Source of the DNA: Trypanosoma brucei
Lineage: Eukaryota
Direction: 5' to 3'
Assembly (NCBI GenBank): GCA_000002445.1
Contig: CP000066.1
Location: 1,440,001-1,504,000, forward strand
DNA length: 64,000 nucleotides
Below the pieces are notes generated by a model. That model was given only the letters and a program-made list of their open reading frames with translations. It was not told the origin of the DNA and ran no database searches. How positions within the stretch are numbered: the first letter of the stretch is position 1; each line of letters begins with the position of its first letter. This document shows, one piece after another, positions 23,833-35,178 of this stretch. The position numbers and the translations under genes are program-made.

Positions 23833-25599
23833 ATGTCCTCCGCTAATTCCATCCACTCAGAGGATGTGTCCCTTAGAGTCTCTGATGACAAATGTTCCCC
23901 CGCAGAAGCTGTGCGCGAATATATCAACGGCCTTCCCAAAGTTTTTGAAGAAGACTCGATGGCGCGAGGTGCGGACGGTGTGGTACATATCAGCGAGGAG
24001 CTGTCGCGACTTAATCGTGCAGATCTGAAACAATTTGCTTTGAGACAATTCCTTCGTTGCGAAGAATTACTTCATGAACTGCTTGATCAGGAAGTGGTAC
24101 TTGGGGAAACGGTGGATGATCTGCAATCTGTTAGAGAAATGATGGAGGAGCGTGAGGAGGAGGCTGAGGCACTGCGGGCACAACTGCAGCGTGCGGATGA
24201 ATCTAAGGAGACGCTCCTCCGTGAGAAGGCAAGTGCATTGCGTCGCCTCATGGAAACAAAGAATGAGTTAGCGAGCCTTAGCGCAACGAAAGCAAACCTG
24301 CAGCGCATGCTTGACTTGCACAACAAAAAACAAGGCGAGGAGGCACCCGCTCCACAAGGGACTCCAGCTGCCACTACCAATGCTGCTGCTGCTGCTGCTG
24401 CGGAAATGAGGAGGTGCAGTATGCCAAATGCCAACGCGCAAGCGGGGCTGCTTAACCGTAACTTCATGCGTGCCAATTCATACGCCCCCGTCATGACGTC
24501 ATTCTCCACGGCGTGCTCATTGGCGGTTCCTCAACGTGTTGGACTTAGCCGCCGTAGTAGTTGTAGCAGCAATGCCACCTCATCGACGAAACTATGGTCA
24601 GGAGGTGCTAATCCCGTGGTTGAACGCAGCAAAAGTCCAGGAGACAGTAAATGGCGGCAACTATTCTTTGAGACGCGTCGGCAGAATGAACTGCTGCAAA
24701 GCGAGCTCAGTAAAGTTCGTGCTGACCGCTGTTGCGTCGATACGGATGCTGGAAACGGGGAAGTATCGCAGACGGCACATGTTAACTCATCGTCATCGCA
24801 GTTGGCGGCTTCTTTGGCTGAGGTGGAGCGGATGCGGGAGGAACTCAACAAGGAACGGGAAAAGAACCGGACAAGGAACCGCCTGGGAGCCCAATTGCTG
24901 CGCGACGTAGCATTTCTTGCGAGAAAAGTTCGCATGTACGAACAGGCGGAGTCTGCGTCGCTCCTCCATCGGTACAAGGATCTAAGTCTAACGAAGGATC
25001 AGCTAATGCAGGAGCTGTTCGAATCCCGCAAAGCCATTGCTGTGTTAAATATGAAACTGAAGGAGTCAACAACAAGGGTGGGAAAGAAACACAACGGATC
25101 ACAGTGTGAGGCCACAAGCCAACCGGTCATAGTCGAGGGTCTCGCCAATGCCCTCGAGGAGGCACTTCGTGATAATGAAATACTTCGCGAGGAGCGGGGG
25201 TGTTTGATTTCTGAGAAGCGGTTTCGAGAGGAGTCGTATCAGGCGGAATTGAAGAGCCGTGTGGTGGAAATGGAGAAATTAACTGCCGCACTGGACGAAC
25301 TGAGAGGCCAAATGGCACAGTTGTGGAAGGGCAAACGTGGCACTAATTCCAACAGTACCGCAACTCCCGCTACGAAATTTCGCTCACCGTCGCGTAGCCT
25401 CCCACAAAATGGTGCACCAGCGGGGTTTCGCCTATCAGTAGAGGATGGTGTTGTGAAGGTAATAGACGGAAGTGGCTGTAGTCCATGCACCAGTTGTTCC
25501 ATAACGCAAAACAGCAACACCACTCCCATGAGCAATTGCAATAATGCAAAGGTAAAGCCGAAGCTGTCTCCAATGCGAAGCGCAGTGCCGGTGCTTTAA
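23833..25599 (+). CDS. Hypothetical coiled-coil protein (~588 aa)
   Basis: The track start at 23818 is TTG; the first ATG is 23833 (MSSANSIHSEDV...). There is a long heptad-like E/R/L/K-rich central region (REMMEEREEEAEALRAQLQRADESKETLLREKASALRRLMETKNELASL...). Confidence 0.65.
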   Translation: MSSANSIHSEDVSLRVSDDKCSPAEAVREYINGLPKVFEEDSMARGADGVVHISEELSRLNRADLKQFALRQFLRCEELLHELLDQEVVLGETVDDLQSVREMMEEREEEAEALRAQLQRADESKETLLREKASALRRLMETKNELASLSATKANLQRMLDLHNKKQGEEAPAPQGTPAATTNAAAAAAAEMRRCSMPNANAQAGLLNRNFMRANSYAPVMTSFSTACSLAVPQRVGLSRRSSCSSNATSSTKLWSGGANPVVERSKSPGDSKWRQLFFETRRQNELLQSELSKVRADRCCVDTDAGNGEVSQTAHVNSSSSQLAASLAEVERMREELNKEREKNRTRNRLGAQLLRDVAFLARKVRMYEQAESASLLHRYKDLSLTKDQLMQELFESRKAIAVLNMKLKESTTRVGKKHNGSQCEATSQPVIVEGLANALEEALRDNEILREERGCLISEKRFREESYQAELKSRVVEMEKLTAALDELRGQMAQLWKGKRGTNSNSTATPATKFRSPSRSLPQNGAPAGFRLSVEDGVVKVIDGSGCSPCTSCSITQNSNTTPMSNCNNAKVKPKLSPMRSAVPVL

Positions 25600-26961
25600 G
25601 GAGGAAGGGGGCCTACATTAGTATTGATTAGAATGAGATGAAATAACGTAGCTATATCCAGTGGGATTAACTGCTATATTATTGTTATTATTAATTTCAT
25701 TTATTTATTTATTTTTCATTTGTTTCCACATTTAGTAGACGTAGATGTAGACGACGTGAATACTTTTTGATCCGTCCATTCATTTACCTTTTTGATTGGG
25801 GTTTTCTTCTTGTTTGTGCTCACTTGTTTTTTTTTAACCCTTCCACCCTTTTCACCGTTGTTCCTTCCGTTCTTTGGTGATGGAATAACCGGAAGGGCGA
25901 TGTTTCTTCATTTTTTTTCTTCCCTCTCTCTCTATCTTCTTGTGTTGTTTTCCTTAACACACAGGTGCAGCATTTTCCCCCTTAATGCAGTGCTGCTTTC
26001 ATGCGGTTTCGATTTTCTTCTTTTTCTTTTTCTGTTTTTTTTTTTGTGTGTGTGAGGTGTGCTGGGATGAGGGATAATAACGTTTGGGGGGAGGGTGGGA
26101 GGGTTGCAGAAATTATTATAGAAGGAAAGTGAGAGTGAACAGCAAGGCAAAAGGAAAGGCAAAAGGAAAGGGAAAGGAAAGTTTTAAAGATTATAAAAGA
26201 GAGATGGGGGAAAAAGGCAGGATATATATATATATATTTTATATATATAATATAAATTTAGTTGTGTGTGCCCGTATTTACGATCTGATACGATCATACA
26301 TTATCCATTGTTTTTTTTTGTTTTTTTGTCACCTACCAGTTTTATGACATGAAAGGGAAAGAAGAAAAAATAGAGAAGATGAATGTCACAATAAATCATT
26401 TAAGTAAAGAAAATATATTATTAACGGAGGGGAGAAACAAAAGGGAGAGGAGGAAGAGGAGGACTTAAAAACTTTGTTGAGTTGCGGTGATGATCAGCGG
26501 TTTCTTTTTTTTGTTTTGTTGATGATGAGGAACACTCGTGCAAGCATAGGAGACAGGGAATTGTTTCTTTTGTTTTAACTTTTTTTTTACTTTTTGAATT
26601 TCATTTTTAGATCTTATTGTTTTAACACCCGTTCTTTTCTTTTCTTTTTTTTTTTGTGTGCTCGTTGTCGTTTCTTCTTTGATACTGTTTAACTTTTTTT
26701 TCTTTTTTGCTAGTAACTTTTGTTACTTTGAGAAGACACACACTTGAGGTCATATATATATATATATTTGTTTGTTTGTCTATTTGTCATATTTTTCCCT
26801 CATTTTTATATGTTTTAGATCAAGAAGAGAAGAGTACGCCTCATAAATCACGAAATATGAAAATAATGGTGGCGCAACATATGTTTTAATTTTGCGAAAG
26901 CCAGAGATTGTCAAATAATATAAATGTAAACAAATATATCAAATAAAACGCATATGTCAAC

Positions 26962-26963
<2 letters not shown>

Positions 26964-27013
<50 letters not shown>
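26964..27013. repeat. (TA)n followed by (TG)n compound microsatellite
   Basis: Direct observation: tatatatata...tgtgtgtgtg. Confidence 0.95.
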
Positions 27014-28810
27014 TTGGGCAGAAATGAAATAATGTTTTCGTTTGATTTGTGATGTTGTGGTTAAAAAAAAAAAAGAAAAAAAAGAAATAAATGCAACACG
27101 GGAGTAAAGTTACATTAGACAAATATCTACACAAAACGTCTTGAGTCTTGAAGTGGGAGAATGAATAGCGAATCGAAATATTTTGTAAGAGGAGAAACCA
27201 CACGAAATGGTGTCGAAAGTGAAGTGAAACATGATTTGATATTAGCAAAAGAATTGGAGTGACGGTGCGAAGGTCATTTCATTGATGGAATTGTTTGGAC
27301 CTCGTGAGTTGAGGCACGGGAGTGCCGCAGCACTGCAATCTTCTTTTTTTTTCCTTTTTTAATTATTTCTCCTCTATTTTTTATTTTGCTTTTTTTTTAA
27401 AAAAATGTTCCGTCGATGCCTTTCGTTACTTTGTTTCTTATCTTCTTCTTAGCTTCCGCCACATGAATTCTCCATCATGGCTTTGAGTTTCAAATGTTTT
27501 TACACACATGTTTTCCAGCACTGTTGTGTTCCCCACTGATTAATCACCCGAAGACGTGTAGATGTTTCCTACTTCTTTTATATATTTATTTATTGATACA
27601 TATTCATTCATATATTTATGTTAAGACGTACATATATACAAACAAACAAGCAAACAAATAAAAAAAAGTATTTGTACATGTTTGACTCTTCGTTATTGTG
27701 CGATACATATTTTCCATGAGTGAATTGTTGGCAGTCTCACATTAACTCGGAATCAACTACGCGGGAGCGAGTTATTATGGGCATCTGCTTTTTTTTAAAA
27801 AAATCCCTCCTTGTTGTTGTTGTTGTCTTTATGAGTGTTTTGTGGTGAAGACTATTTCCCCCCTTTTATTGCTTTTGTTTCCTCATCTCCGCAACATCCC
27901 GCAACTCCTCAATTACTTCGATAAAACAAAAACAAAAAAAGAAGGAAGAAAACACTTAAGTTTTTCTTTTCTTTTTTTTATTTGTTTAATGACTTTCCCT
28001 TTTCGTTTCGCACGATCCTGTTATGCTCACGTGCTGACATCTGTGGTCGGTGCAACATAATTCTGAACCCCTTTGGTCATATGAGAAATTCCGTATCTTA
28101 GCGCAGCTGCTGTCATCTATTTTTTTGTTCCAATTTCCTTCCTTCCTTCCTTCCTTGCTTCCTCTTTTTTTTCCCTTTTTTTTTACCCTCCTCCCCCCCT
28201 TTTTCAACCTTTTTAATGAAACAAAATGAACTGCGGCTCGCAAAGGTGAATGAATTGAAATATAATGTATTGATGTGTGTTTGCTTCTTATGTTGCCGTG
28301 CACATCTTTTTTTTAAAAAAATTTGTTTGCTCATTTTGTTCCCGTTCTTACTTCTCTTTTCACCTTGGAGCACTTGTAGACGGAAAAAGCATACCTCTCT
28401 TTATTTACTCCGCGTCCTCAACTCTTCGTGGTGGAGCCGTTGTTGCGAAGAAGGAGAACCAGGAGAGGCGTTACATAGAAAACAAGGTTGCCTCGCTGTG
28501 CGAAATAAAGAAAAGAAAAAAGAAAGAAAGAAAAAGAAGAGACGCCTTTTGTGAATGCATATTGCAGCGGACGCGTCGCTGAAGGAGCCCGCGCTTTAGT
28601 GAATTTAACCTTCCCTTTTTTCTCTTTCGCTCTATTGCGCGGGAGGTGCCCAAATCACGAGTAGGGGGAGGGGCGACAGTTACGTATACGGTTTATTGCG
28701 TCTTTTCTACGCGTGTTTGGTGGAGTAGGTGGGGTATTCAACTTTTAAGATCACAGAATTGACCTGAAAAGGGACGCGAATTTTGGCTACATTTTTGAAA
28801 AGCGTGTTAA

Positions 28811-30244
28811 ATGGCTAGCGTGAATGCTCCCACAACTCTCACCAGTGAGCTCTTCCATGCGCTTCCATGCCTGCGGGAGAATCCAACCGATAGTGTGCTC
28901 ACCGCCGCACTGCTGCAATATTGTCAGGATGAAGATCTGGTATCCGCTGCAGATTTACTACTGCGGTTGATGGTGGATCAACCTCATGTGCAGCGGCGTA
29001 TGACACGTTCTGTCGAGAATACACATCGACATGTGCCGTTGCCTCAACCTGGAGATTTGCAGAACTTCACAGATAAGGTGCTAGAAGCGCTATGCGATCG
29101 ACATGTGTCACAACTATCTGAAAACTCAGGTGCTGCTGGGAGGAGTGTGAGGGCTCGCGGTAGCGGTTTTTCTTCGGTATCAGTGAGTGTGTCGGACATG
29201 CTGGCAACTGCAGCTGCATGGGGAAATGATTCCGTGAAATTGGAGGGGCTGGCACCTTTGCAGCCAACTAACCGGAAAGTTCACTTCTTCCCAACAGGCT
29301 GCTCACTGGTGGACCGCCTGCTCGCAGGAACCCCGTCAAATGCCACGGGTGGTGCTCTTGAAGGCGGGTTTTGCGCTGGACTTCTCACGGAGGTGCATGG
29401 TGAAGCAGGAAGCGGAAAGACACAACTTGTATTACAGTGCTTATTCCAATGCGTTGCTAGGCAACAGTGTGCTCTGTATGCTGTGAATCACTTACCCGAG
29501 CTGTTGATCAGCTCAGGCGATGGTGTTGGTGACAACACGTTTATTGATAGTTTGCGTGGCTTTGCAACTGAAAAGGTGGCGGCTCTTTATATTGTGTCTG
29601 AGGGCGTTCCTGCCAGCCGACTTGGGCCACTCGCAACAGGGGCGCTTCATAGAGCAAAAGCGATGGTCCTTTCCGCGGCTTCCCGTCAACCGTCTATTGA
29701 CGTGGAGCTTTTGAAGGCTCGTCTTGATGAATTCGTGACGGAACGAACTGTCGTTGCCGGTGTGGGGATTCGACCAGTTGATGGAGTTGGGGCGTTGTTA
29801 CGACTGCTATCGGATGGTACGCTGTCTAGTGCCTTCTCATCTTTAGGCAATACTGGGGTGGTGGTTGTAGATTCCATTGCAGATGTAGTGGCTGGTGGAT
29901 CTTCGGGCGAGGAGATGAACCGTTGGGAAATTTCCACTACCGTAGCATCTGTGGGGAGTTTGTTGAAGTCATTCGCAGTTAAGGAAGGGGCTGCCGTGGT
30001 AGTAACGAATCAAGTTCGCACGTCGCTATCTGTTTCCGGTGAGGGGATGATACGCCGCCACACACCAGTACCCGCGTTGGGGATGCAATGGGCCGTTGCT
30101 CCTCATGTCCGTGTAAATCTGCGGCGACCGCAAAATACGGCAAACGCATCGCGTCGGCAATTCACGATAATATGCGGCCCTGCTCACCAACCCGCATATT
30201 GCTCTTATTTGATTTGTAACGAAGGTATATGCAACGACGAATGA
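28811..30244 (+). CDS. RAD51 paralog (RecA-fold recombination/repair ATPase) with a ~190-aa N-terminal extension
   Basis: Walker A motif GEAGSGKTQL (nt ~29399-29428). Walker B-like hydrophobic strand ending in D (GVVVVDSIADV). The RAD51-family VVVTNQV motif is at nt ~30000-30020. ATG at 28811. Confidence 0.85.
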   Translation: MASVNAPTTLTSELFHALPCLRENPTDSVLTAALLQYCQDEDLVSAADLLLRLMVDQPHVQRRMTRSVENTHRHVPLPQPGDLQNFTDKVLEALCDRHVSQLSENSGAAGRSVRARGSGFSSVSVSVSDMLATAAAWGNDSVKLEGLAPLQPTNRKVHFFPTGCSLVDRLLAGTPSNATGGALEGGFCAGLLTEVHGEAGSGKTQLVLQCLFQCVARQQCALYAVNHLPELLISSGDGVGDNTFIDSLRGFATEKVAALYIVSEGVPASRLGPLATGALHRAKAMVLSAASRQPSIDVELLKARLDEFVTERTVVAGVGIRPVDGVGALLRLLSDGTLSSAFSSLGNTGVVVVDSIADVVAGGSSGEEMNRWEISTTVASVGSLLKSFAVKEGAAVVVTNQVRTSLSVSGEGMIRRHTPVPALGMQWAVAPHVRVNLRRPQNTANASRRQFTIICGPAHQPAYCSYLICNEGICNDE

Positions 30245-30714
30245 ATCGTGTTGTGCTGTTCCTTCGCTTAAGGTGTGGATGAATCGTTGGTGGTAAGTTA
30301 CTGAGGCGTGTGGCTGAGCCCTATCGGTGGCGTCACTACCCGTTTTGTCGTTATTGATTTGGTTCAACTCCCTCGCACCCCACATTTCCGTCGCTCCGTG
30401 TGGAGTGCCGCGGGGTGGGGATCGGTTAAGTGATGTGCAGTGGGTTGTTAGAATTTAAGGAAATCACAGGTGTGAAAATTTGTACTTGCTTGCATTTATT
30501 TGGCTGAGGATGCGACGTGGGCGCCTGACAAATCGATTTTGGCAACGAGTGAAGGACATCTGTAGTCAGGAGGCGGAAAGCTCATAGTGATCATAAGGCT
30601 TAACTCCGCAGCAGTGCATGGAGGGAGGTTCCCTTGTCTCGCAACTTCCAGAAGAGGTTCACTTTTTTCCTGAGGATCGGTCGGAGCTGAGAAAACTTTA
30701 TGGGAAATGGGGGG

Positions 30715-30723
30715 TCTGTGTCT

Positions 30724-30764
<41 letters not shown>
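30715..30764. repeat. (GTCT)n/(GT)n microsatellite
   Basis: Direct observation: gtctgtgtctgtgtctgtgtgtgtgtgtgtgtgtgtgtgtgtgtgtgt. Confidence 0.95.
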
Positions 30765-30765
<1 letters not shown>

Positions 30766-30947
30766 AAAAGGTTCCACACGTGGGGCAAGAGTAAGTTTGT
30801 GTGTGTTTAACCGTTCCTCTATGCCAGTGTTTCTACAAATAAATTTTCGATATCTCCTTGTTTTGTTACCTTTTCACTCTTTCTGTGTATACACGTAATA
30901 TATATATGCACATGTATTAACACGCAGTTTCTGTTTGTCAGGTCGGG

Positions 30948-32693
30948 ATGCTTTCTCAGAATGTGGCCAAAACGACGGTTCCGTCGTACTACATGATTCG
31001 GACGAATCTTCCGCATCGGAAGCCGCAGAATCAGTGGGAAGGGGTGTACTACTACAGCGGCATAACGAAACGTCAGCGCCACCTCATTTTGCTGCATCGC
31101 AAACGTGAACGGGAGGCACATATGCGATCATTTAACATCTCACGGGCTTCTGTGCTGCAACGCTTGGAGCAACTCTCAGGGGACCGGAAGCAAGAGTCCC
31201 TACCACCACACGTTCGACTGGATTTGGCGGTTCGTTTGGCGCAACATGGGCTCTATCAGCAGGCGACACCTATTGTTGATGAACTGCATCACCAGAAAGC
31301 GCTCCACGCAGGTCATTACGCACTTCTCATCAACGCACTAGCGTGTCCTCGTTTGGGCCAGCGGATTCTCCACTGTGACGCACAATGTGACCCGGCACTG
31401 ACTTACAAACTACTTGGTGACGAGAACGGAGAGGAGCGAGCACAAGAGGCGTACCGTTGGTTTGATTTAGCACTTACTTCTCTTGCGGTGGATTGTGGAG
31501 GACGCACACAACCGAGCCAGTTTGTTCGTTACTTGCCGCAGGGGACAGCTGCAGCTAGCCACATTACTAATGCGCTTATGCGAACGCTTCTCACCTGTGG
31601 TTACACGCACGTGGCTGCCATCCCCGACTCGGTGTACGACAGGATGGGTTCGATGGGTATCTCACCGACAATTAGCACCTACGAACTTGTTATGCTCGCT
31701 CTTTCACTTCAGGGAAACATGGTGGAGGCAGAGAGTATTCTCTCCTTTCTTCGTAGCCACCACAGTGAACACATAACAGTTGAAAGCTTTAACGCCCTTT
31801 TGTTGGGGCACCGTGAAGCGCGACAGTTCGACTGCTGTGACGCCATTTGGCAGGAACTTGTAGATCGCCGTTGGCCTCGAGCGAGCCCGCTGACCGCTGA
31901 ACTGTACTTGCGTAGCATCATGGACCACGCCAATACCCCCACGAGTGAACCGCTTCAGAGTTTTGCCAACATTAACGTAGTGGAAAAGAAAAAAGTCCCC
32001 CTCGTTTTAGCACAAATGGATGAGTTAGGTGTCCCGCGTACGCACCTGTCGCGTGTATTGATGGATGAAGTGGAGGACTCGTTACGTAAGTTCCAAACAT
32101 ATAGGTCGCGCTTTTATGAATGGGGTCGTGCGGTAAAACAATTTGACTTCATTGAGTTCCGACGACGTAACGGATGGTTATACGACCTTCACCTGATGAA
32201 GTGCACAACGAAACAAGTGGGGCCGCTGCGTGACTTCAACGATCCCGACGCCGTGCAGGGTGCCGTGGCGACAGCTGAAATTCCCGCATTCTTCAATGAA
32301 AGGCCAGCGTGGGAGCGGCCTCCCTTGGAAGAAACGCTTTACGTAACGACAAATAAGGAGCGGTATGACGACGTCCGTGGGGGTGACATTTACTATGACG
32401 ATACGCGTAGTTTACATGACCGCTCGCCCACGTGGATGAATGAAGTGCCAGAAACACGGTACGATCGACTGTACGGCGTGAACCATCCAGACATCGCGAA
32501 GATTGGCATCCGCCGCCACCTGAATGTTGAATATGTGAACCGAAAGGAGGTTGTAGAGCGCGATGCGGCGCTTATGAAGAAAACATTAAGTAGTGGACGT
32601 CGCCTGCGGCACCGCGTGGAATCATCGCGTACGCATCGCAATGCTGGTTCACTTTCCGGGATCTCTTCCACAGCAGGTGGTGGGTCACGGTAG
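30948..32693 (+). CDS. Hypothetical helical-repeat protein, possibly a PPR-like protein with a mitochondrial-type N-terminus
   Basis: ATG at 30948. The N-terminus (MLSQNVAKTTVPSYYMIRTNLPHRKPQ) is basic and hydroxylated, with no acidic residues. Internal ~35-aa helical hairpins resemble pentatricopeptide repeats (YDRMGSMGISPTISTYELVMLALSLQGNMVEAESILSFL; ITVESFNALLLGHREARQFDCCDAIWQELV). The assignment is tentative. Confidence 0.6.
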   Translation: MLSQNVAKTTVPSYYMIRTNLPHRKPQNQWEGVYYYSGITKRQRHLILLHRKREREAHMRSFNISRASVLQRLEQLSGDRKQESLPPHVRLDLAVRLAQHGLYQQATPIVDELHHQKALHAGHYALLINALACPRLGQRILHCDAQCDPALTYKLLGDENGEERAQEAYRWFDLALTSLAVDCGGRTQPSQFVRYLPQGTAAASHITNALMRTLLTCGYTHVAAIPDSVYDRMGSMGISPTISTYELVMLALSLQGNMVEAESILSFLRSHHSEHITVESFNALLLGHREARQFDCCDAIWQELVDRRWPRASPLTAELYLRSIMDHANTPTSEPLQSFANINVVEKKKVPLVLAQMDELGVPRTHLSRVLMDEVEDSLRKFQTYRSRFYEWGRAVKQFDFIEFRRRNGWLYDLHLMKCTTKQVGPLRDFNDPDAVQGAVATAEIPAFFNERPAWERPPLEETLYVTTNKERYDDVRGGDIYYDDTRSLHDRSPTWMNEVPETRYDRLYGVNHPDIAKIGIRRHLNVEYVNRKEVVERDAALMKKTLSSGRRLRHRVESSRTHRNAGSLSGISSTAGGGSR

Positions 32694-33438
32694 GGTTACC
32701 GCCGTGTTTTGCGGGATTTTTTTTTTGCCTCTTGTGTTTGACTTATCGGTTTTGTTGGGGATTGTGTCTGAAATATCCTGTCGCCCATGTCTGTCTCCTG
32801 TAAATAATGGTCTTGGTACATCCGACGTGTGTCCCTTATTCGTTATCTTTTTTCTTTTTTTCCCCCCGGTGTTTCCCGTTGTCATTCTTGCTTGTCACTG
32901 ACTTGCAGTGAAAGTGGAAAGAAAGAGGAATTTTAAGAGATGAAATCCCATGTTATGGTGGACTGCGTTTCTTCCTCTTGTTGTTGGTGTTGTTGGCACC
33001 TGTTCGGCTTGGTTATGAGGAGTTTTTGTTCGTTCTTAATTTACCCGTTTCTTTTTTTTTTTACCACTCAGTGGCATCTGGGGGCTGTTTGGCGTGCTGC
33101 TGCATTTTTTCGCTTTTAGATGCCTTTGCTCCTTATTATTTATTCTTCTTTCATTCCGCTACACACTTTTACATCTCCTGCTTCCCTTCTTCACAATAGG
33201 GTAAGACGTTTTTACGGCATAAGAAAGGTTCAGAAGTACACACAAACGCGAAGCGAAGTGGTGGGCATAGAAAGCGGTAGCGAAGGAGGGAACATCCAAA
33301 ATAAAGGTATTAGTAGAAGCGAGGAAGAACTTAGCTTATCCTTCCTCTTTTTTTTTCTTTTCAATATTGTCTAATTTGTTTCCATTTTGCTTCCGTTGAA
33401 ACTTATTATTCGCACCACAAAACATACCTTCTCACGCA

Positions 33439-34123
33439 ATGGGGCGTGGAAAGGGGCGTGGGAAGAACATTGACATTACCAAGAGTTTCTTCCAGCAAGC
33501 GGGATCGTTGGGTCGTGTTTCAGTCCAGCTCTCTCCAACTCGGGTTATTTCGGTAGGTGAGGACGAGATCAGCCCAACGAATGGTAGCAGGGCGGCTTTA
33601 CAGCTGTGGCGAGATGACGGGACGGAGGTGGCGTTGAAATTGTGTCAGAATTGGAGGCAGGGTACATGTAATAGTCAAGGAGCTTGTAGTAATGCCCATG
33701 TGCTTGCATATCACAGCCAGATGCCTATGCCCAATATGGTGGGTGTGATGAATGCTTTTACACCCATTCCAATGCCTTCAACCGGCCCACGTGACAATTC
33801 CGAGAAATCGGTCTCACCTAAATGTTTACACCGGCCCCAGCTGCCACACCAACAACCACAAGGTGCCGTGGTTGATCCCGGCCGTGCAGCAGAACATAAG
33901 GTTAACAGTAACACCACAAACACAACAAGCCACGGTACACTCATTCCTGCACCTAGGAGTCAACAGAACAATCGGCAACTTTACGCGGCAAACAATAGTT
34001 CTGCACCTTCAGGGGTACGTGCTACCAACACAACCTGGGGGCGTGAGGCCCTTGGACCTGAAAACCACTACGGAAGCCAACAGCAGACTCATAATCCTCA
34101 ACCGCAACCGCAACATCAACCGC

Positions 34124-34154
<31 letters not shown>

Positions 34155-35178
34155 GCAACAGCAGCAGCAGCTTGCGACTCAACCCCGAGGTGCGTGGAAT
34201 GTGTTGCAGCCTAACGATGATGGTAGACGACAGGCGGCGGGTGTTGTTTTAAGTGCTGCATATCTTGACAAATTGAATCAGAGACCAAAGGACAAGTGCG
34301 AGCTCGTGAAGCAGAAGGCTGCAAACAGTCAAAATAGCAGTAGTTTCAGCGGTAACAATAGTTTGAACAGGGGGAGCGCTCCGCGCCACCAACCATCCCG
34401 AAGCCCAACAGGGCCCCGAAGGGAAGACACGTGGGCAAGTGTTGCGGCGTTAAACCATTCAAACGGAGCTTCCGTCATTTGGGGCGATGGTGGTGTACAA
34501 ATGTGGGATTTGATGTTGAATAATACCGCCGCCTCGCCAACCCCATCGCAGACCAGTGGTGTTAATCAACCGGCTTTGGGTCGTGATTTAAATTCTGCTG
34601 CACTGAGACCAAATTCGGGCCAGTTGTGGTCATCCCTTGCTTCCAATGGTCGGCAACGGAGTGTCAACAACAATGCGGTCCCCAGCGCCACTATTAACAA
34701 CAACAACAACAGCAGCATCAACAGTGGTGGTTTCATCAGCGTAAACACCAGCCCCAACATCGGGAATAACAACAGCCCTCAGCAATGCTCCAGCAATAAC
34801 GGTAATGGTGGTATAACTGGTGGAAGCAGAACCTCAAGTGCCACTGCGTCTTCTGAAGCTCTGAAAAACCAACTGTTGCGAGCGTTGGTGGGTGGAGGAG
34901 CGGAAGCTGATGAACTCACTTCTCCTCCTCCTCCTCCTCCTCTTCCCCGAGCAGAAGTTGCGCACAGTCGAGTGAGCAGCGGTATCGTTAGCATAAACAC
35001 GGGTGCACCATCGGTTGGTTGTGCTGCTGAAGGCATGAAATCGGGTGTATTGTTAAGTTTATTAGGGAATGATGGAGATGGCGGAGTAATGCATGGGATG
35101 ATGCCACCACAACCGCCTCCCCTTCAGGACGGTACTCACAAGATCCAACATTTGATGGCGCTGCTAACCACAGAATAG
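33439..35178 (+). CDS. CCCH (C-x7-C-x5-C-x3-H) zinc-finger protein with poly-Q and N/S/Q-rich low-complexity regions
   Basis: ATG at 33439. One canonical CCCH finger, CQNWRQGTCNSQGACSNAH (nt 33643-33699). A poly-Q tract encoded by (CAA/CAG)n at 34123-34180. Long N/S/G/Q-rich segments and a PPPPPPLP motif. Confidence 0.85.

Noticed and set aside
30340-30380. tRNA-like T-loop (ggttcaactcc matches the G53-T-T-C-R-A-N-Y-C61 consensus)
   Set aside because: The flanking bases cannot form the 5-bp T-stem: only 2 of 5 positions pair. No acceptor stem or anticodon arm could be folded by eye. This is probably a chance match.
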